Below are positions 8,547-17,493 of a stretch of 64,000 nucleotides of DNA, one piece after another (position 1 is the first letter of the stretch; each line of letters begins with the position of its first letter). Source of the stretch: a phage. A model generated the notes under the pieces. The model was not told where the DNA came from. It searched no databases and saw only the letters and a list, made by a program, of their open reading frames with translations. The position numbers and the translations under genes were made by a program. Where the stretch lies: the sequence record PZ171032.1. The stretch is one strand, 5' to 3'.

Positions 8547-9731
8547 TTAAGCTTTAGCCAAAATGGCGCTAAACTCTTCACCAAACTCTTTTACAATCTT
8601 CATCAGGTTTGGGTATGCTTTGATCAACTGAGCAACAATCTTGTCACGCCCTTTACCGATAAGCAAGGCATTTCCTAAGGCGTTAGGTTTCATCATCGCC
8701 ATAAAGACTGAGAATACAAAATCTCGGTTCTCGTCCTTGAAATTTTCCCAAAGGAAATCGAGGAAGTTTGCCACACAGCTAACAAGATCTTCGTCGGAGA
8801 TACTTGCATTTTCCATCATATTGCGAATAGCGATACAACCTTCAGATCCAAGAATCCACAAAATGTCTGGCTGCTTAGGACCTACGTATTCTTTGCAGCC
8901 ACCTGCCATAATCCGACCGATTTCCGGTAAATTACGTTTCTTGGTGTGGTAAGTCCAGATCTCTACCGCTGCAGTGTGACCAATAGCACCTTGTAGAAGA
9001 ACACGGGCCATAGCGTCAGAAATAATACCGCTGTCAAAATCGTGCAAGATGTCAGATGCAGCAACCCAAGATCGCGGTGTGGCAAAAGATGGACAATTAA
9101 TCTCAGCCATAGCCTCATAATTATCAATAGCTGAGGGAACTCTTTTCAAATATCCAATTACAGAGGAATGCACCCCATTAAGGAATGCGTAGTCCTCAAT
9201 AAACACCTCTGCATTGCTTGTAACCTCTACAATGATAAAACGGTTAGCCAGAGGGGCTTCGAGCGCCGAAAGAACCGCACCATCTGTAGAACGGTTACCC
9301 GCAGCCACAAAAACAGAACCCTTAGGGAATGCATAGGTGCCGCACTTGTGGTCAAGCATAATTTGCATTGCAACCTTTTGCAGGTAGTTATCTGCATGAG
9401 TGAGCTCATCCAGAAAGATAATTCCGCTCCAGTCAGGATCCGCAGGCCAAAATTCTGGAATTGCAAACACTGTACGTGTAGTTCCATCCGCTTCTACAGG
9501 GATAGGTAGCCCAGATAAGTCGGCAGGATCTTTATCTGACAGTCGCACGTCAACAAGGTTGTCATCTCGCTCACCGAACATATTATCAGCGATCTGCTTC
9601 ATCACCTGGCTTTTACCCACACCCATTGGTCCCAAAATTAGGACAGATCGGCTATGACGTTGGGCAAACTGAATAATAGCTGGCAACTCACGGACAGTGA
9701 TTTGACCACTTTCGAATACGTTTCTTGACAT
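8547..9731 (-). CDS. AAA+ ATPase, MoxR/CbbQ-like
   Basis: Walker A 'LGPMGVGKSQ', Walker B 'IIFLDELTHAD'; size and layout typical of MoxR-type ATPases that partner with VWA proteins. Confidence 0.78.
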   Translation of the reverse strand: MSRNVFESGQITVRELPAIIQFAQRHSRSVLILGPMGVGKSQVMKQIADNMFGERDDNLVDVRLSDKDPADLSGLPIPVEADGTTRTVFAIPEFWPADPDWSGIIFLDELTHADNYLQKVAMQIMLDHKCGTYAFPKGSVFVAAGNRSTDGAVLSALEAPLANRFIIVEVTSNAEVFIEDYAFLNGVHSSVIGYLKRVPSAIDNYEAMAEINCPSFATPRSWVAASDILHDFDSGIISDAMARVLLQGAIGHTAAVEIWTYHTKKRNLPEIGRIMAGGCKEYVGPKQPDILWILGSEGCIAIRNMMENASISDEDLVSCVANFLDFLWENFKDENRDFVFSVFMAMMKPNALGNALLIGKGRDKIVAQLIKAYPNLMKIVKEFGEEFSAILAKA

Positions 9732-10000
9732 TAGTAAAAGTCCTCTACTTGTGTGTAAGTGTTTTCAAAGTTTTCCAAAACAGATATCACATCGAATCTG
9801 TCAATATCATACGTGACTCTCCAGTTGTACGCAACCCTTTCTGCTGTTGCCTCTTCTGGCGCTAGTCGTCTGCTGGCATAAAAGAGTGTTGGAGTACACT
9901 TTCTTGCTTGCCCTCTAACTTTCCCATAATAATATCTGTGAATATCTTTGTCAAAATTTAACTCTTTTTCTGCACGAAGTTCATATTGCTGGTATAACAT
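9731..10000 (-). CDS. hypothetical protein
   Basis: 89-aa ORF; stop overlaps the MoxR start (translational coupling). Confidence 0.5.
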   Translation of the reverse strand: MLYQQYELRAEKELNFDKDIHRYYYGKVRGQARKCTPTLFYASRRLAPEEATAERVAYNWRVTYDIDRFDVISVLENFENTYTQVEDFY

Positions 10001-10044
10001 CTCTACTACTCCTTAAGCAGCATCCTTGCCGCCATTCCTGCCCA

Positions 10045-10425
10045 CTAAAATGCAGTCCGAATCCAGACAAGGTTCTTATCTGCCCAATCATAGAGGCAAG
10101 TCATTGCACTATTGAATTGCTCACACGGAGGATAATCTTCTTCCATCTGGCGCATAGCAGAGCCTTGTGGGTAAAGCTCCCGTGCTGCAAACCACGCGTC
10201 GTAGTCATCAACGGTGTCGAAGTAGTATACAACATCCTCTAACTCAGGATCGAACTTTGAACTATCAGGATCCAGTTGTTCAGGGAACTTGGAGCGTAAC
10301 TTGCCAGCTACAATACTTGCCAACTCGCTAACATGCTTATTGTCCCACTCCACTAGCTTCCCGTCTTCAGTGATGCGTCCTAACCACTGATCATGAAGGT
10401 CAACTGTTGTCTTCCACTGGGCCAT
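10045..10425 (-). CDS. hypothetical protein
   Basis: 126-aa ORF with AAGGAG Shine-Dalgarno downstream for the next gene. Confidence 0.55.
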   Translation of the reverse strand: MAQWKTTVDLHDQWLGRITEDGKLVEWDNKHVSELASIVAGKLRSKFPEQLDPDSSKFDPELEDVVYYFDTVDDYDAWFAARELYPQGSAMRQMEEDYPPCEQFNSAMTCLYDWADKNLVWIRTAF

Positions 10426-10427
10426 TA

Positions 10428-10685
10428 TCAGTCCACCTCTTCTTCTCGTTGTAGTTCAAGATACCCGTAGGTCTGGACATCTTCAAGGGTGTGGAACTCC
10501 CCATCTGCCGCTAATGCACGAACAACTTGGCACAAAACCTTATGAGGAACTTCATCCAGACCAAGATTCAGTGCAGGGAACACCTTATCTAAGTCAACAA
10601 AATAAATGAACTGTAGCTCACCAGCTTCAAAAGGTGTATCTTCAATAAACATCTTCTCGGCATTAGTCAAGATCTGCACTTTCAT
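10428..10685 (-). CDS. hypothetical protein
   Basis: 85-aa acidic ORF. Confidence 0.5.
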   Translation of the reverse strand: MKVQILTNAEKMFIEDTPFEAGELQFIYFVDLDKVFPALNLGLDEVPHKVLCQVVRALAADGEFHTLEDVQTYGYLELQREEEVD

Positions 10686-11041
10686 TATTCTACCTCCTCT
10701 TCTTTTTCTTCGGCATTAGTTTCATGGCTACCCCACTCCGGAGTTTCCACCTCGATAGTAAACTCACGCACTACACGGTAATTGCCCATGAAGCGCTCTA
10801 CTTCGTCAAGGCTTATGGAGAGGCCATTGGCAACCAGGTCTGCAGCACCCTCTTCTACCAGGTAGTCCAGATTGGCTTCCAGAGCCTCAGGTTCAAACCC
10901 TGTCAATGCAATCAGATAACCTTCCCCTTCATCAGGGAGGACAATACAGCCCAATTGATTTTCTTTAAAAAGGCAGTGACCATCATTATTGATTGGGTGT
11001 TCATTGCAGTAAATAGCTGCACGATAAGTAACTTTAGACAT
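10685..11041 (-). CDS. hypothetical protein; start re-assigned to the ATG of MSKVTYRA
   Basis: The ORF-track start at 11062 has no ribosome-binding site; the ATG at 11039-11041 is preceded by AAGGAGA at 8-nt spacing; the first 8 codons lie inside the 29-bp inverted repeat. Confidence 0.55.
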   Translation of the reverse strand: MSKVTYRAAIYCNEHPINNDGHCLFKENQLGCIVLPDEGEGYLIALTGFEPEALEANLDYLVEEGAADLVANGLSISLDEVERFMGNYRVVREFTIEVETPEWGSHETNAEEKEEEVE

Positions 11042-11046
11042 CGGTA
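11018..11046. repeat. 29-bp perfect inverted repeat, copy A
   Basis: tgcacgataagtaactttagacatcggta is the exact reverse complement of 12880..12908. Confidence 0.85.
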
Positions 11047-11054
11047 AGGTCTCC

Positions 11055-11333
11055 TTAGGCAATTGTCATTTTACATTCTTGAAATTTTAACACAAGACGG
11101 TGATTGTGTCTAGTGTCTAAAAAGATTTTTTCAACCATCAGGCACACGGTATAACCGTCCATCTTGTTGACAACAAAATCTCCAGGATGAGGGAGGATGT
11201 CTCCCGGATTGGGGAAACATAGTCCACTCAGAAAGGCATCGTCAGTGGTGGACTTAATAGATTTCCACACACTGTCTGCCTGAACATGTTCACCGACGTA
11301 ATATACATTACCACATGCCTTCATCATAGTCAA
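11055..11333 (-). CDS. hypothetical protein
   Basis: 92-aa ORF; start overlaps the upstream stop. Confidence 0.5.
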   Translation of the reverse strand: MTMMKACGNVYYVGEHVQADSVWKSIKSTTDDAFLSGLCFPNPGDILPHPGDFVVNKMDGYTVCLMVEKIFLDTRHNHRLVLKFQECKMTIA

Positions 11334-12229
11334 ACCCTCGCATAAATTAAACTTGTATCAGTATACTTCTTTAATGGGTAAATATCCTGTCCATAGATGC
11401 AATCATTAAACACCTCATCTACCCAAAGGCTACACTTATATCCCATCATTTCTAAAACACCCATCTCTTCTTCGGTAAACTTATCACCGCTCTTGCAAGA
11501 TGTCAATACCTCATTCTGAACTCTTGCTACCTCGAAGCGGTTATTGGCAATATCGCTATTGGCGATCAAATACTCACCTAGAGGGTGTGCGGCATTAAAG
11601 ATGCACAGTGGACGGCTGACGTAATAGTCTCCGGGTGTATAAAAATTGTTGAGGTCTTTCACTAGAACATTCTTATCAGTCACTTCATTTATAACATCAT
11701 GCATATCGCACATCTTTATATGTTTGAGGATTCCATCCCCCATCACAAAATAAAAACTTGCTGAGACACTTTCGGCATAGATCTTACTAGATCCGTTGTA
11801 GTTGTATTTTACTCGGATGCTAACGGGGGTTTTTCCTGTCGCGTTAGCCATCATCCAAAGAAATGGCAGCTCATACTTCTCCTCTGAGGAAACAAAAGGT
11901 GAGGTAGCCAGAGATCGAAAACCTCCAGAGAAGTTGAAAGTTACAGAACCGCTCCGGCGGTATGATACCGCGTATTCTACTTTTATATCGACATACCCAT
12001 TGGAATAGGTGTGTCCTTCATTATCTAAATATGTCCACTTATCAGACCCAGATACCAATCTACGCTCAATAACCTTCATCACTATAGGAATTAATGGGTT
12101 GGTACAAACCGCTTTTGAAGTAGCTTTATCATCTAAAGCCTCGTAAATTGCAGAAAGGATGTCCCCAGCTGAAAGATTGGTTGTTATGTCCTGTTTCCAC
12201 CGCGTACTAAAACTGTTAAGATTTGCCAT
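11330..12229 (-). CDS. hypothetical protein, first gene of the minus-strand early unit
   Basis: 299-aa ORF; AGGAG Shine-Dalgarno 9 nt upstream; sits directly downstream of a sigma70-like promoter. Confidence 0.6.
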   Translation of the reverse strand: MANLNSFSTRWKQDITTNLSAGDILSAIYEALDDKATSKAVCTNPLIPIVMKVIERRLVSGSDKWTYLDNEGHTYSNGYVDIKVEYAVSYRRSGSVTFNFSGGFRSLATSPFVSSEEKYELPFLWMMANATGKTPVSIRVKYNYNGSSKIYAESVSASFYFVMGDGILKHIKMCDMHDVINEVTDKNVLVKDLNNFYTPGDYYVSRPLCIFNAAHPLGEYLIANSDIANNRFEVARVQNEVLTSCKSGDKFTEEEMGVLEMMGYKCSLWVDEVFNDCIYGQDIYPLKKYTDTSLIYARV

Positions 12230-12269
12230 AAGTAAGTGCTCCTATGTTAGTTTTCTTTCGAATGGGTGC

Positions 12270-12298
12270 ACTATATTGTGGAGTTAGAGTAAAGTCAA
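12270..12298 (-). promoter_or_regulatory. sigma70-like promoter for the minus-strand early unit
   Basis: On the minus strand: -35 TTGACT (reverse complement of 12293-12298), 17-bp spacer, -10 TATAGT (reverse complement of 12270-12275). Confidence 0.55.
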
Positions 12299-12311
12299 CA
12301 CGTTTTTGATG

Positions 12312-12340
12312 TTGACATCTGTTGAGACAATTGATACGAT
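12312..12340 (+). promoter_or_regulatory. sigma70-like promoter for the plus-strand unit
   Basis: -35 TTGACA at 12312-12317, 17-bp spacer, -10 TACGAT at 12335-12340; its -35 box forms an inverted repeat with the -35 of the divergent promoter. Confidence 0.4.
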
Positions 12341-12371
12341 TTCTTCACTTACAGAGCACGAGAGACGACTC

Positions 12372-13349
12372 ATGAATCTTGAAAAATATTATACACCAGA
12401 AGAGTTAGAGCGCTTGCTCAAAAAATATAGACGCAAACAGAATAACGCACGGAAACGAGATATAGAGTTCGACCTGTCATGGGAAGAATACCTCCTATTT
12501 GGTAAAAAACTTTTAGGAGATGGAGTATGCGACTATACCCTTATACCTTTTGACATGCACACAGATGAAAACGGGCTGGGGAATCCTTTCTACCCATCTC
12601 TGGAGCGGATAGATGATGAAGGTCCTTATGCGGTTGATAACTGTTGTGTGGTGGGATTGAGATGCAACTCTCTAAAGGACTGTCTGGTAGATAAAAAGAC
12701 TGCAGTCTTGATTAAAGACGAAACTGATCGAAAAATTGTCCAGCAGATGATGCTCCACCTGAGCGAAGAGCGTATGGAGAAATTGAAAGGTGATTATACT
12801 TTTGAAGATTTCATCTTGCAATATGGAACGGAAGAGGATAAACTAGCACTCTTTGACGAAGAAGAGGAGGAAGATATGCTACCGATGTCTAAAGTTACTT
12901 ATCGTGCACCCAAGAAGCACATTTCCGACATTGTAAACGAGCCTATCACAGAAGAGATTGAAGAAATGACGCAACAGGTGCATGAAGAGGAAAAAGAGAC
13001 TCAGGAGGTCGAAGAGGAGATTACAGAAGAGGTTCCTGCACTACCTGATGATGTTGAGATTGCCAAAGCTTACACTTTCTATTGTCAAACGTTCTACGAT
13101 GTAGGTATGAAAGTTGATCTGTCGTTCAGCCAATTTAAGAGTTCGTATATTCGCAAATGCTGTGCTTTAACTGGTGAACGTCTTGGAGCTGGACTTAAAC
13201 CCCTGTTGGTGACCGACTGGAATAAAGGTTTCACTAAAGGAAACTTTATGGTAGTATCTCCAATTATGGAGAAAGCTATGACAGATCTTATGAAGACCAC
13301 CCGCATGACAATGACCGAGTTGGCAGGTATTTTCAAACACGTTAAATAA
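12372..13349 (+). CDS. hypothetical protein with acidic linker; possibly two fused modules
   Basis: The ORF-track TTG start at 12306 lies upstream of the promoter -35; the first ATG after the promoter is 12372 (MNLEKYY); an internal 'MSKVTYRA' at 12884 lies within the 29-bp inverted repeat and is preceded by GAGGAGG. Confidence 0.55.
   Translation: MNLEKYYTPEELERLLKKYRRKQNNARKRDIEFDLSWEEYLLFGKKLLGDGVCDYTLIPFDMHTDENGLGNPFYPSLERIDDEGPYAVDNCCVVGLRCNSLKDCLVDKKTAVLIKDETDRKIVQQMMLHLSEERMEKLKGDYTFEDFILQYGTEEDKLALFDEEEEEDMLPMSKVTYRAPKKHISDIVNEPITEEIEEMTQQVHEEEKETQEVEEEITEEVPALPDDVEIAKAYTFYCQTFYDVGMKVDLSFSQFKSSYIRKCCALTGERLGAGLKPLLVTDWNKGFTKGNFMVVSPIMEKAMTDLMKTTRMTMTELAGIFKHVK
12880..12908. repeat. 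29-bp perfect inverted repeat, copy B
   Basis: taccgatgtctaaagttacttatcgtgca is the exact reverse complement of 11018..11046. Confidence 0.85.
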
Positions 13350-13361
13350 TGACAGGGGCCA

Positions 13362-14843
13362 ATGGCCCCTTCTGGAGTTTTAATGGATAGCAGAAGTTCA
13401 GAAATCATTGCCTCGCAGAAAGATGATGCCCTGAGAATGTTGCAGGCTGCACGTATGTATCTCCTTGAAAAGCTGCCGTTTTATGGCACACTACTGTCAG
13501 GGTTGCAGTTCGTAGAAAACCACACATGGTGCTCCACCATGGCAACCGACCATAAACGCATCTATTACAGTCCTGAGTTCATTATGGGATTGGCTGATGA
13601 GCGCAAGGCTATTCTTAAGGCTTCTCTAACTGACGAGCAGTTTGAGATGGCTGAAGTTTTCTATTCCCCAAAATCTGTGAAAGAGGTGGCCTTCCTTCTG
13701 TCACATGAGGTGGGGCATATTATCTGTGATCATCTAGTCCGTGGTAAAAGCTTTGAGCCGGAACTGTTCAATATTGCTTGTGATCACGTTATCAACACAG
13801 GCCTTGTGGTTGACTTTAGCAAACCTCCTTGTGTTTTCTTCCCGAAGGGGAAAAGCACTACGTTCATGAAAGGTAAGCCTTTTGGCTTCTTAGCCAGCTG
13901 CTACTGTGACATGAGGTTTCATGGATGGATTGCTGAGAACGTTTATGCAGTTCTTGATAAGCAAAGAGATCAGAATAACGGTAAAAGTAAGAACGGTAAA
14001 GGTGAGAACTCTCAAAGTGATAAGCGACAAACCGATGATCACATGAGTGGGAACGGTGGCACCAGTGATAATCTTGGAAAGGCTATGGGGTATGATCAGC
14101 CACAACCTGTAATCAGCCAATCTGATAAAGATCAGGCCATGCAGGACTCTGGTGATATGCTGGAGGCAGCAATGCAAGCTTCCGGAGGTCGTTGCCCTGA
14201 GGCGGTGCGTGAGTTTGTCAAGAACAGGGGTAAGCCTGTAATCAACTATATAGACATCATTAAGCAACGCATGTTGTCTAAACGAAAGGCTGAACTGACC
14301 TACAGAAAACCTGGTCGCCGATCTGGGTCTTTGACCAGCACAATGCGAAAAGTTGGGGCTATAAACAAGAACCAGCACGTTATTGTTCCCGGTCGTAATC
14401 CGGAAAACACCATAGATATTGTTGTAGCTTTAGACGTTTCTGGCTCGATCTCTCAAAGAACTTTAAAGAAAATGTTCAATGAAATCACCGGATTGTGCAA
14501 TCTGTATAAAGAGTTTAAGGTTACAATGTTCTGTTGGTCAACTGAGGTTGGAGAGGTTAAAGTATACACTCGCGGTAACATAGATGAGATGATCAACTAT
14601 GAGGTCCACTCAACATGGGGCACAACAGCTGCTTGCGTGTTCGAGTATCTAGATGCCAACATACCAAATGCAAAAGATGTCATCGTATTGACCGACCTAT
14701 ACTTTGAGCATAACTTTGAACAAAAGGCTGTTGACAACAAGTGGAAAAAGTACGATACTTTATGGGTTCTCACCGAAGGGTATAATAAAAATTATATCCC
14801 TAGCTTTGGGAAAACTGTGGAATTAATCGAGTACGCTAAGTAA
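13362..14843 (+). CDS. metallopeptidase-like (HExxH) plus von Willebrand factor A domain protein (DUF2201-type layout)
   Basis: 'LLSHEVGHIICDH' zinc-binding-like motif in the N-terminal half; C-terminal VWA MIDAS motif 'VVALDVSGSIS'; this layout commonly partners with MoxR ATPases. Confidence 0.72.
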   Translation: MAPSGVLMDSRSSEIIASQKDDALRMLQAARMYLLEKLPFYGTLLSGLQFVENHTWCSTMATDHKRIYYSPEFIMGLADERKAILKASLTDEQFEMAEVFYSPKSVKEVAFLLSHEVGHIICDHLVRGKSFEPELFNIACDHVINTGLVVDFSKPPCVFFPKGKSTTFMKGKPFGFLASCYCDMRFHGWIAENVYAVLDKQRDQNNGKSKNGKGENSQSDKRQTDDHMSGNGGTSDNLGKAMGYDQPQPVISQSDKDQAMQDSGDMLEAAMQASGGRCPEAVREFVKNRGKPVINYIDIIKQRMLSKRKAELTYRKPGRRSGSLTSTMRKVGAINKNQHVIVPGRNPENTIDIVVALDVSGSISQRTLKKMFNEITGLCNLYKEFKVTMFCWSTEVGEVKVYTRGNIDEMINYEVHSTWGTTAACVFEYLDANIPNAKDVIVLTDLYFEHNFEQKAVDNKWKKYDTLWVLTEGYNKNYIPSFGKTVELIEYAK

Positions 14844-14858
14844 GAGAGGAGGTTATTT

Positions 14859-15122
14859 ATGGCAACAGAGTTAAAATTTGCATCAAACCGTAAAACTAAG
14901 AAGTATCTGTCCTCAGTAGCTCCAGGCACTGTGGTGATGTTTGTTGATGAACTTGGGGATGTGAATACAGCACTTGTTGTAAAATCACATCCTGCAAACA
15001 TATATGTTGGGGTATTTGACCTGTTCAGAAAGGTGTTTGTAGAACTGCCTCACAGTTTGGTTGTTACAGAAATGGATGCCTGCATAGAAATTCTTGGCGA
15101 AGTTATGGTGGAGGAACAATAA
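14859..15122 (+). CDS. small hypothetical protein, member 1 of a 4-gene tandem paralog array
   Basis: 87 aa; shares a G-T/E-VV...ELD.KI.ILGE pattern with the next three ORFs; GAGGAGG Shine-Dalgarno. Confidence 0.6.
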   Translation: MATELKFASNRKTKKYLSSVAPGTVVMFVDELGDVNTALVVKSHPANIYVGVFDLFRKVFVELPHSLVVTEMDACIEILGEVMVEEQ

Positions 15123-15385
15123 TGGCTACCAGCATTGTATTCAATTCTAAGGTGAAGAACAAAAAGCGTGCAGACAGTTTTCCGTGTGGGACCGTGGTAA
15201 GTTGCGACGGAGACGGCATTCAAAACATAGTTATGATTGTCAAAACAGGAGAACATTGTGTGTGGGGGTTCGATTTAGAAAATAATGAGTTGTACGATCT
15301 GCCGCCAAACATGAAAGTTACAGAGCTTGACACCAAAATTACCATCCTTGGAGAGACAAGCTATTCAAAAGAAGGAGGAGAATAA
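15122..15385 (+). CDS. small hypothetical protein, paralog 2
   Basis: 87 aa; start overlaps the preceding stop (TAATGG). Confidence 0.6.
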   Translation: MATSIVFNSKVKNKKRADSFPCGTVVSCDGDGIQNIVMIVKTGEHCVWGFDLENNELYDLPPNMKVTELDTKITILGETSYSKEGGE

Positions 15386-15648
15386 TGACCACAAAAATCA
15401 CTATCGCAGAACCGAAAGCTAACACTCAGCCTATCGAAAAGTTTAAGTGCGGTGAGGTGGTAACATTCACACCAGATAATGAAGATGCTAAGATTTTCGC
15501 AATGGTCACAGCTGAGTGGATGTGTGACAACACCACACAGGTTCTGCGTTTTGACACCTATCTTACCGATGAAATCAGGAACGACAAGATTGTGACTGGT
15601 GTGGATACTGAGATTGTTTTCTACAAGAGCTTTTTAGAGGGTTTCTGA
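15385..15648 (+). CDS. small hypothetical protein, paralog 3
   Basis: 87 aa; start overlaps the preceding stop (ATAATGA). Confidence 0.6.
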   Translation: MTTKITIAEPKANTQPIEKFKCGEVVTFTPDNEDAKIFAMVTAEWMCDNTTQVLRFDTYLTDEIRNDKIVTGVDTEIVFYKSFLEGF

Positions 15649-15649
15649 T

Positions 15650-15883
15650 ATGGCAAAAATTAGAAAATTATCTAGCAATCAGGTTGTGAAAGACTTCGAA
15701 TCTGGAGAGATTCTTTATGTTCGTGATGCAGATGACGAAGGTGAAGATCTCGTTATGTTGGTGGGGCACGCTGAGGACGGATGCATCCAAGCTGTTTTTC
15801 TTGAAACAGCTATGGTGCACTGGATAGAGCTGGACCTGAAAGCACGAAAACCTAAAGCAGAAATCCTGATTTACGAAGATTAA
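15650..15883 (+). CDS. small hypothetical protein, paralog 4 (more diverged)
   Basis: 77 aa; keeps the central Gly, acidic patch and hydrophobic C-terminal pattern. Confidence 0.55.
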   Translation: MAKIRKLSSNQVVKDFESGEILYVRDADDEGEDLVMLVGHAEDGCIQAVFLETAMVHWIELDLKARKPKAEILIYED

Positions 15884-15899
15884 CAAAAAGGAGATAGCC

Positions 15900-16349
15900 G
15901 TGTTGAGCAAACGTGAATGCGACAGCATTAGCCTGAATTCTTATAAGAAACAATGGTTTGGGGTGGAAGTTTGCCGACTGCGGCTAGGCTCCTACCTGAA
16001 CTTCGTTTATTATGAGAGTGACAGTCGTATCGTTTCTTATGAAGTGTTCTACACTAAGAACACATTCGAACTGCGCCGTAAAGTAGATGGCGGGAGAACT
16101 ACCCCCCAGAATAATTGGGAAACTATTCTGCCTCCAGATGTTATAGGAAGTCCCCTGAATGTATCTGAAGATGAAAATCTTATGGTTCATGCTATGATGG
16201 GACTTGACAGCTTAGAGCTGGCAATCTATGATATGTCCATCGAAGCAGTTAAGCTGGACTACATCGAAAACACTTTAGAGGAAGGTATCAAGAAGTTTCT
16301 CAGTGAGAAATTAAAAGACCACTTTCATAAGGAGCTATATCTGTTATGA
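15900..16349 (+). CDS. hypothetical protein
   Basis: 149-aa ORF with GTG start preceded by AAAGGAGA. Confidence 0.55.
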   Translation: MLSKRECDSISLNSYKKQWFGVEVCRLRLGSYLNFVYYESDSRIVSYEVFYTKNTFELRRKVDGGRTTPQNNWETILPPDVIGSPLNVSEDENLMVHAMMGLDSLELAIYDMSIEAVKLDYIENTLEEGIKKFLSEKLKDHFHKELYLL

Positions 16350-16591
16350 AGACCCGTAAAGAACGTAACAAAATTTTACCTGGAGCTCTCGAACACCTGA
16401 TGAAGTGCAGATCTATTTGGCACTCTGCCAAGGAAGGGCAGAAGGTGGTTGTGGTTAGTGACAATACCAACCCGTTTGGAGATTATACCACCATGATGGC
16501 CCCATATGTCCGTGATGGCGTTGTAGAAGTGGTCCCTTACAACGGTTTGCATGAACGGCACTTTGAAAGCACTTTGCTAGTGGAGCTATAG
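16346..16591 (+). CDS. hypothetical protein
   Basis: 81-aa ORF; start overlaps the upstream stop. Confidence 0.5.
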   Translation: MKTRKERNKILPGALEHLMKCRSIWHSAKEGQKVVVVSDNTNPFGDYTTMMAPYVRDGVVEVVPYNGLHERHFESTLLVEL

Positions 16592-16593
16592 TC

Positions 16594-17160
16594 ATGGCGG
16601 TCAATGTGGCTTACAACACAGGAAAGCTTGACAGAGACATTGGGTGTCTTGTCCTTTCAGATACAGAAGAGTATTGGGGTTATGGGTTGCTGTCAGACCC
16701 ACACCCGAGCAACCTTGTATCAACAGTGCTATACCGCTACGACCCTGTGCCAACGGTACACGACAAAGACATTCACGACCTTCGGATCAAGTGTCTGGAA
16801 GATCTGCTGAACAATGGTTGCAACGATCTGCGGGTAGCCAAGGAGAAGCTTACAAACATTCACAAAGAGGAAGTGATGAGTACCCTCAGTAAAAGATCAG
16901 TGCACAAAAAGATGATGCTGAACTTTGCAATGGGTATCTACATGGATGGGTATAAGGGAGGGGATCCGATCCTCAAGCTTCGCTGCCCGACACTGTGGGA
17001 AAGAGTGGTTGACAGTAAGGACGGTACTGCCCTGCTCGAACTCCACACTGCAGGTTGGATTTGGCGGTATGTAGACGGATACCCTCTGTGGGCATGTGGA
17101 CCTGGGGAATTTGTTGACAGACCTAGCGCGGTGGTGGACTTACTATTGCAGTTTGAATAA
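16594..17160 (+). CDS. hypothetical protein
   Basis: 188-aa ORF. Confidence 0.55.
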   Translation: MAVNVAYNTGKLDRDIGCLVLSDTEEYWGYGLLSDPHPSNLVSTVLYRYDPVPTVHDKDIHDLRIKCLEDLLNNGCNDLRVAKEKLTNIHKEEVMSTLSKRSVHKKMMLNFAMGIYMDGYKGGDPILKLRCPTLWERVVDSKDGTALLELHTAGWIWRYVDGYPLWACGPGEFVDRPSAVVDLLLQFE

Positions 17161-17217
17161 AAAGGTGAGTTATAAGGTATTCATACACCTACCAACAATA
17201 CAACAGGAGAGACTAAG

Positions 17218-17493
17218 ATGACGAAAGAAGAGGCCGACGTATTAGATTTTGCACTAGAGGCTACGCAGGAGGCTTTGGTGTTAGCTTGGAAAATGAACCA
17301 GCGTGCTGCAGAATGCAACCGCCGCATCAATGAGATCTTGGGCATGTCTATGTATGATTTCACCATGCATGCCGGAGAGATTCCTGAATTAACTGCCGAG
17401 ATGAATGATCTTGACGATAAAATTAATATCATTCTGAAGACAGCAGAAACAACTCACCAAACCGCCCGTAAATTTATCAACGAGAAGGTGTGA
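17218..17493 (+). CDS. hypothetical protein, predicted helical
   Basis: 91-aa ORF; AGGAGAG Shine-Dalgarno. Confidence 0.55.
   Translation: MTKEEADVLDFALEATQEALVLAWKMNQRAAECNRRINEILGMSMYDFTMHAGEIPELTAEMNDLDDKINIILKTAETTHQTARKFINEKV

Noticed and set aside
11018-12908. Invertible DNA segment (Gin/Cin-type switch) flanked by the 29-bp inverted repeats
   Set aside because: No serine or tyrosine recombinase gene is recognisable in or near the segment, and the repeats sit at gene N-termini rather than splitting a fiber gene. Recorded as an unexplained repeat instead.
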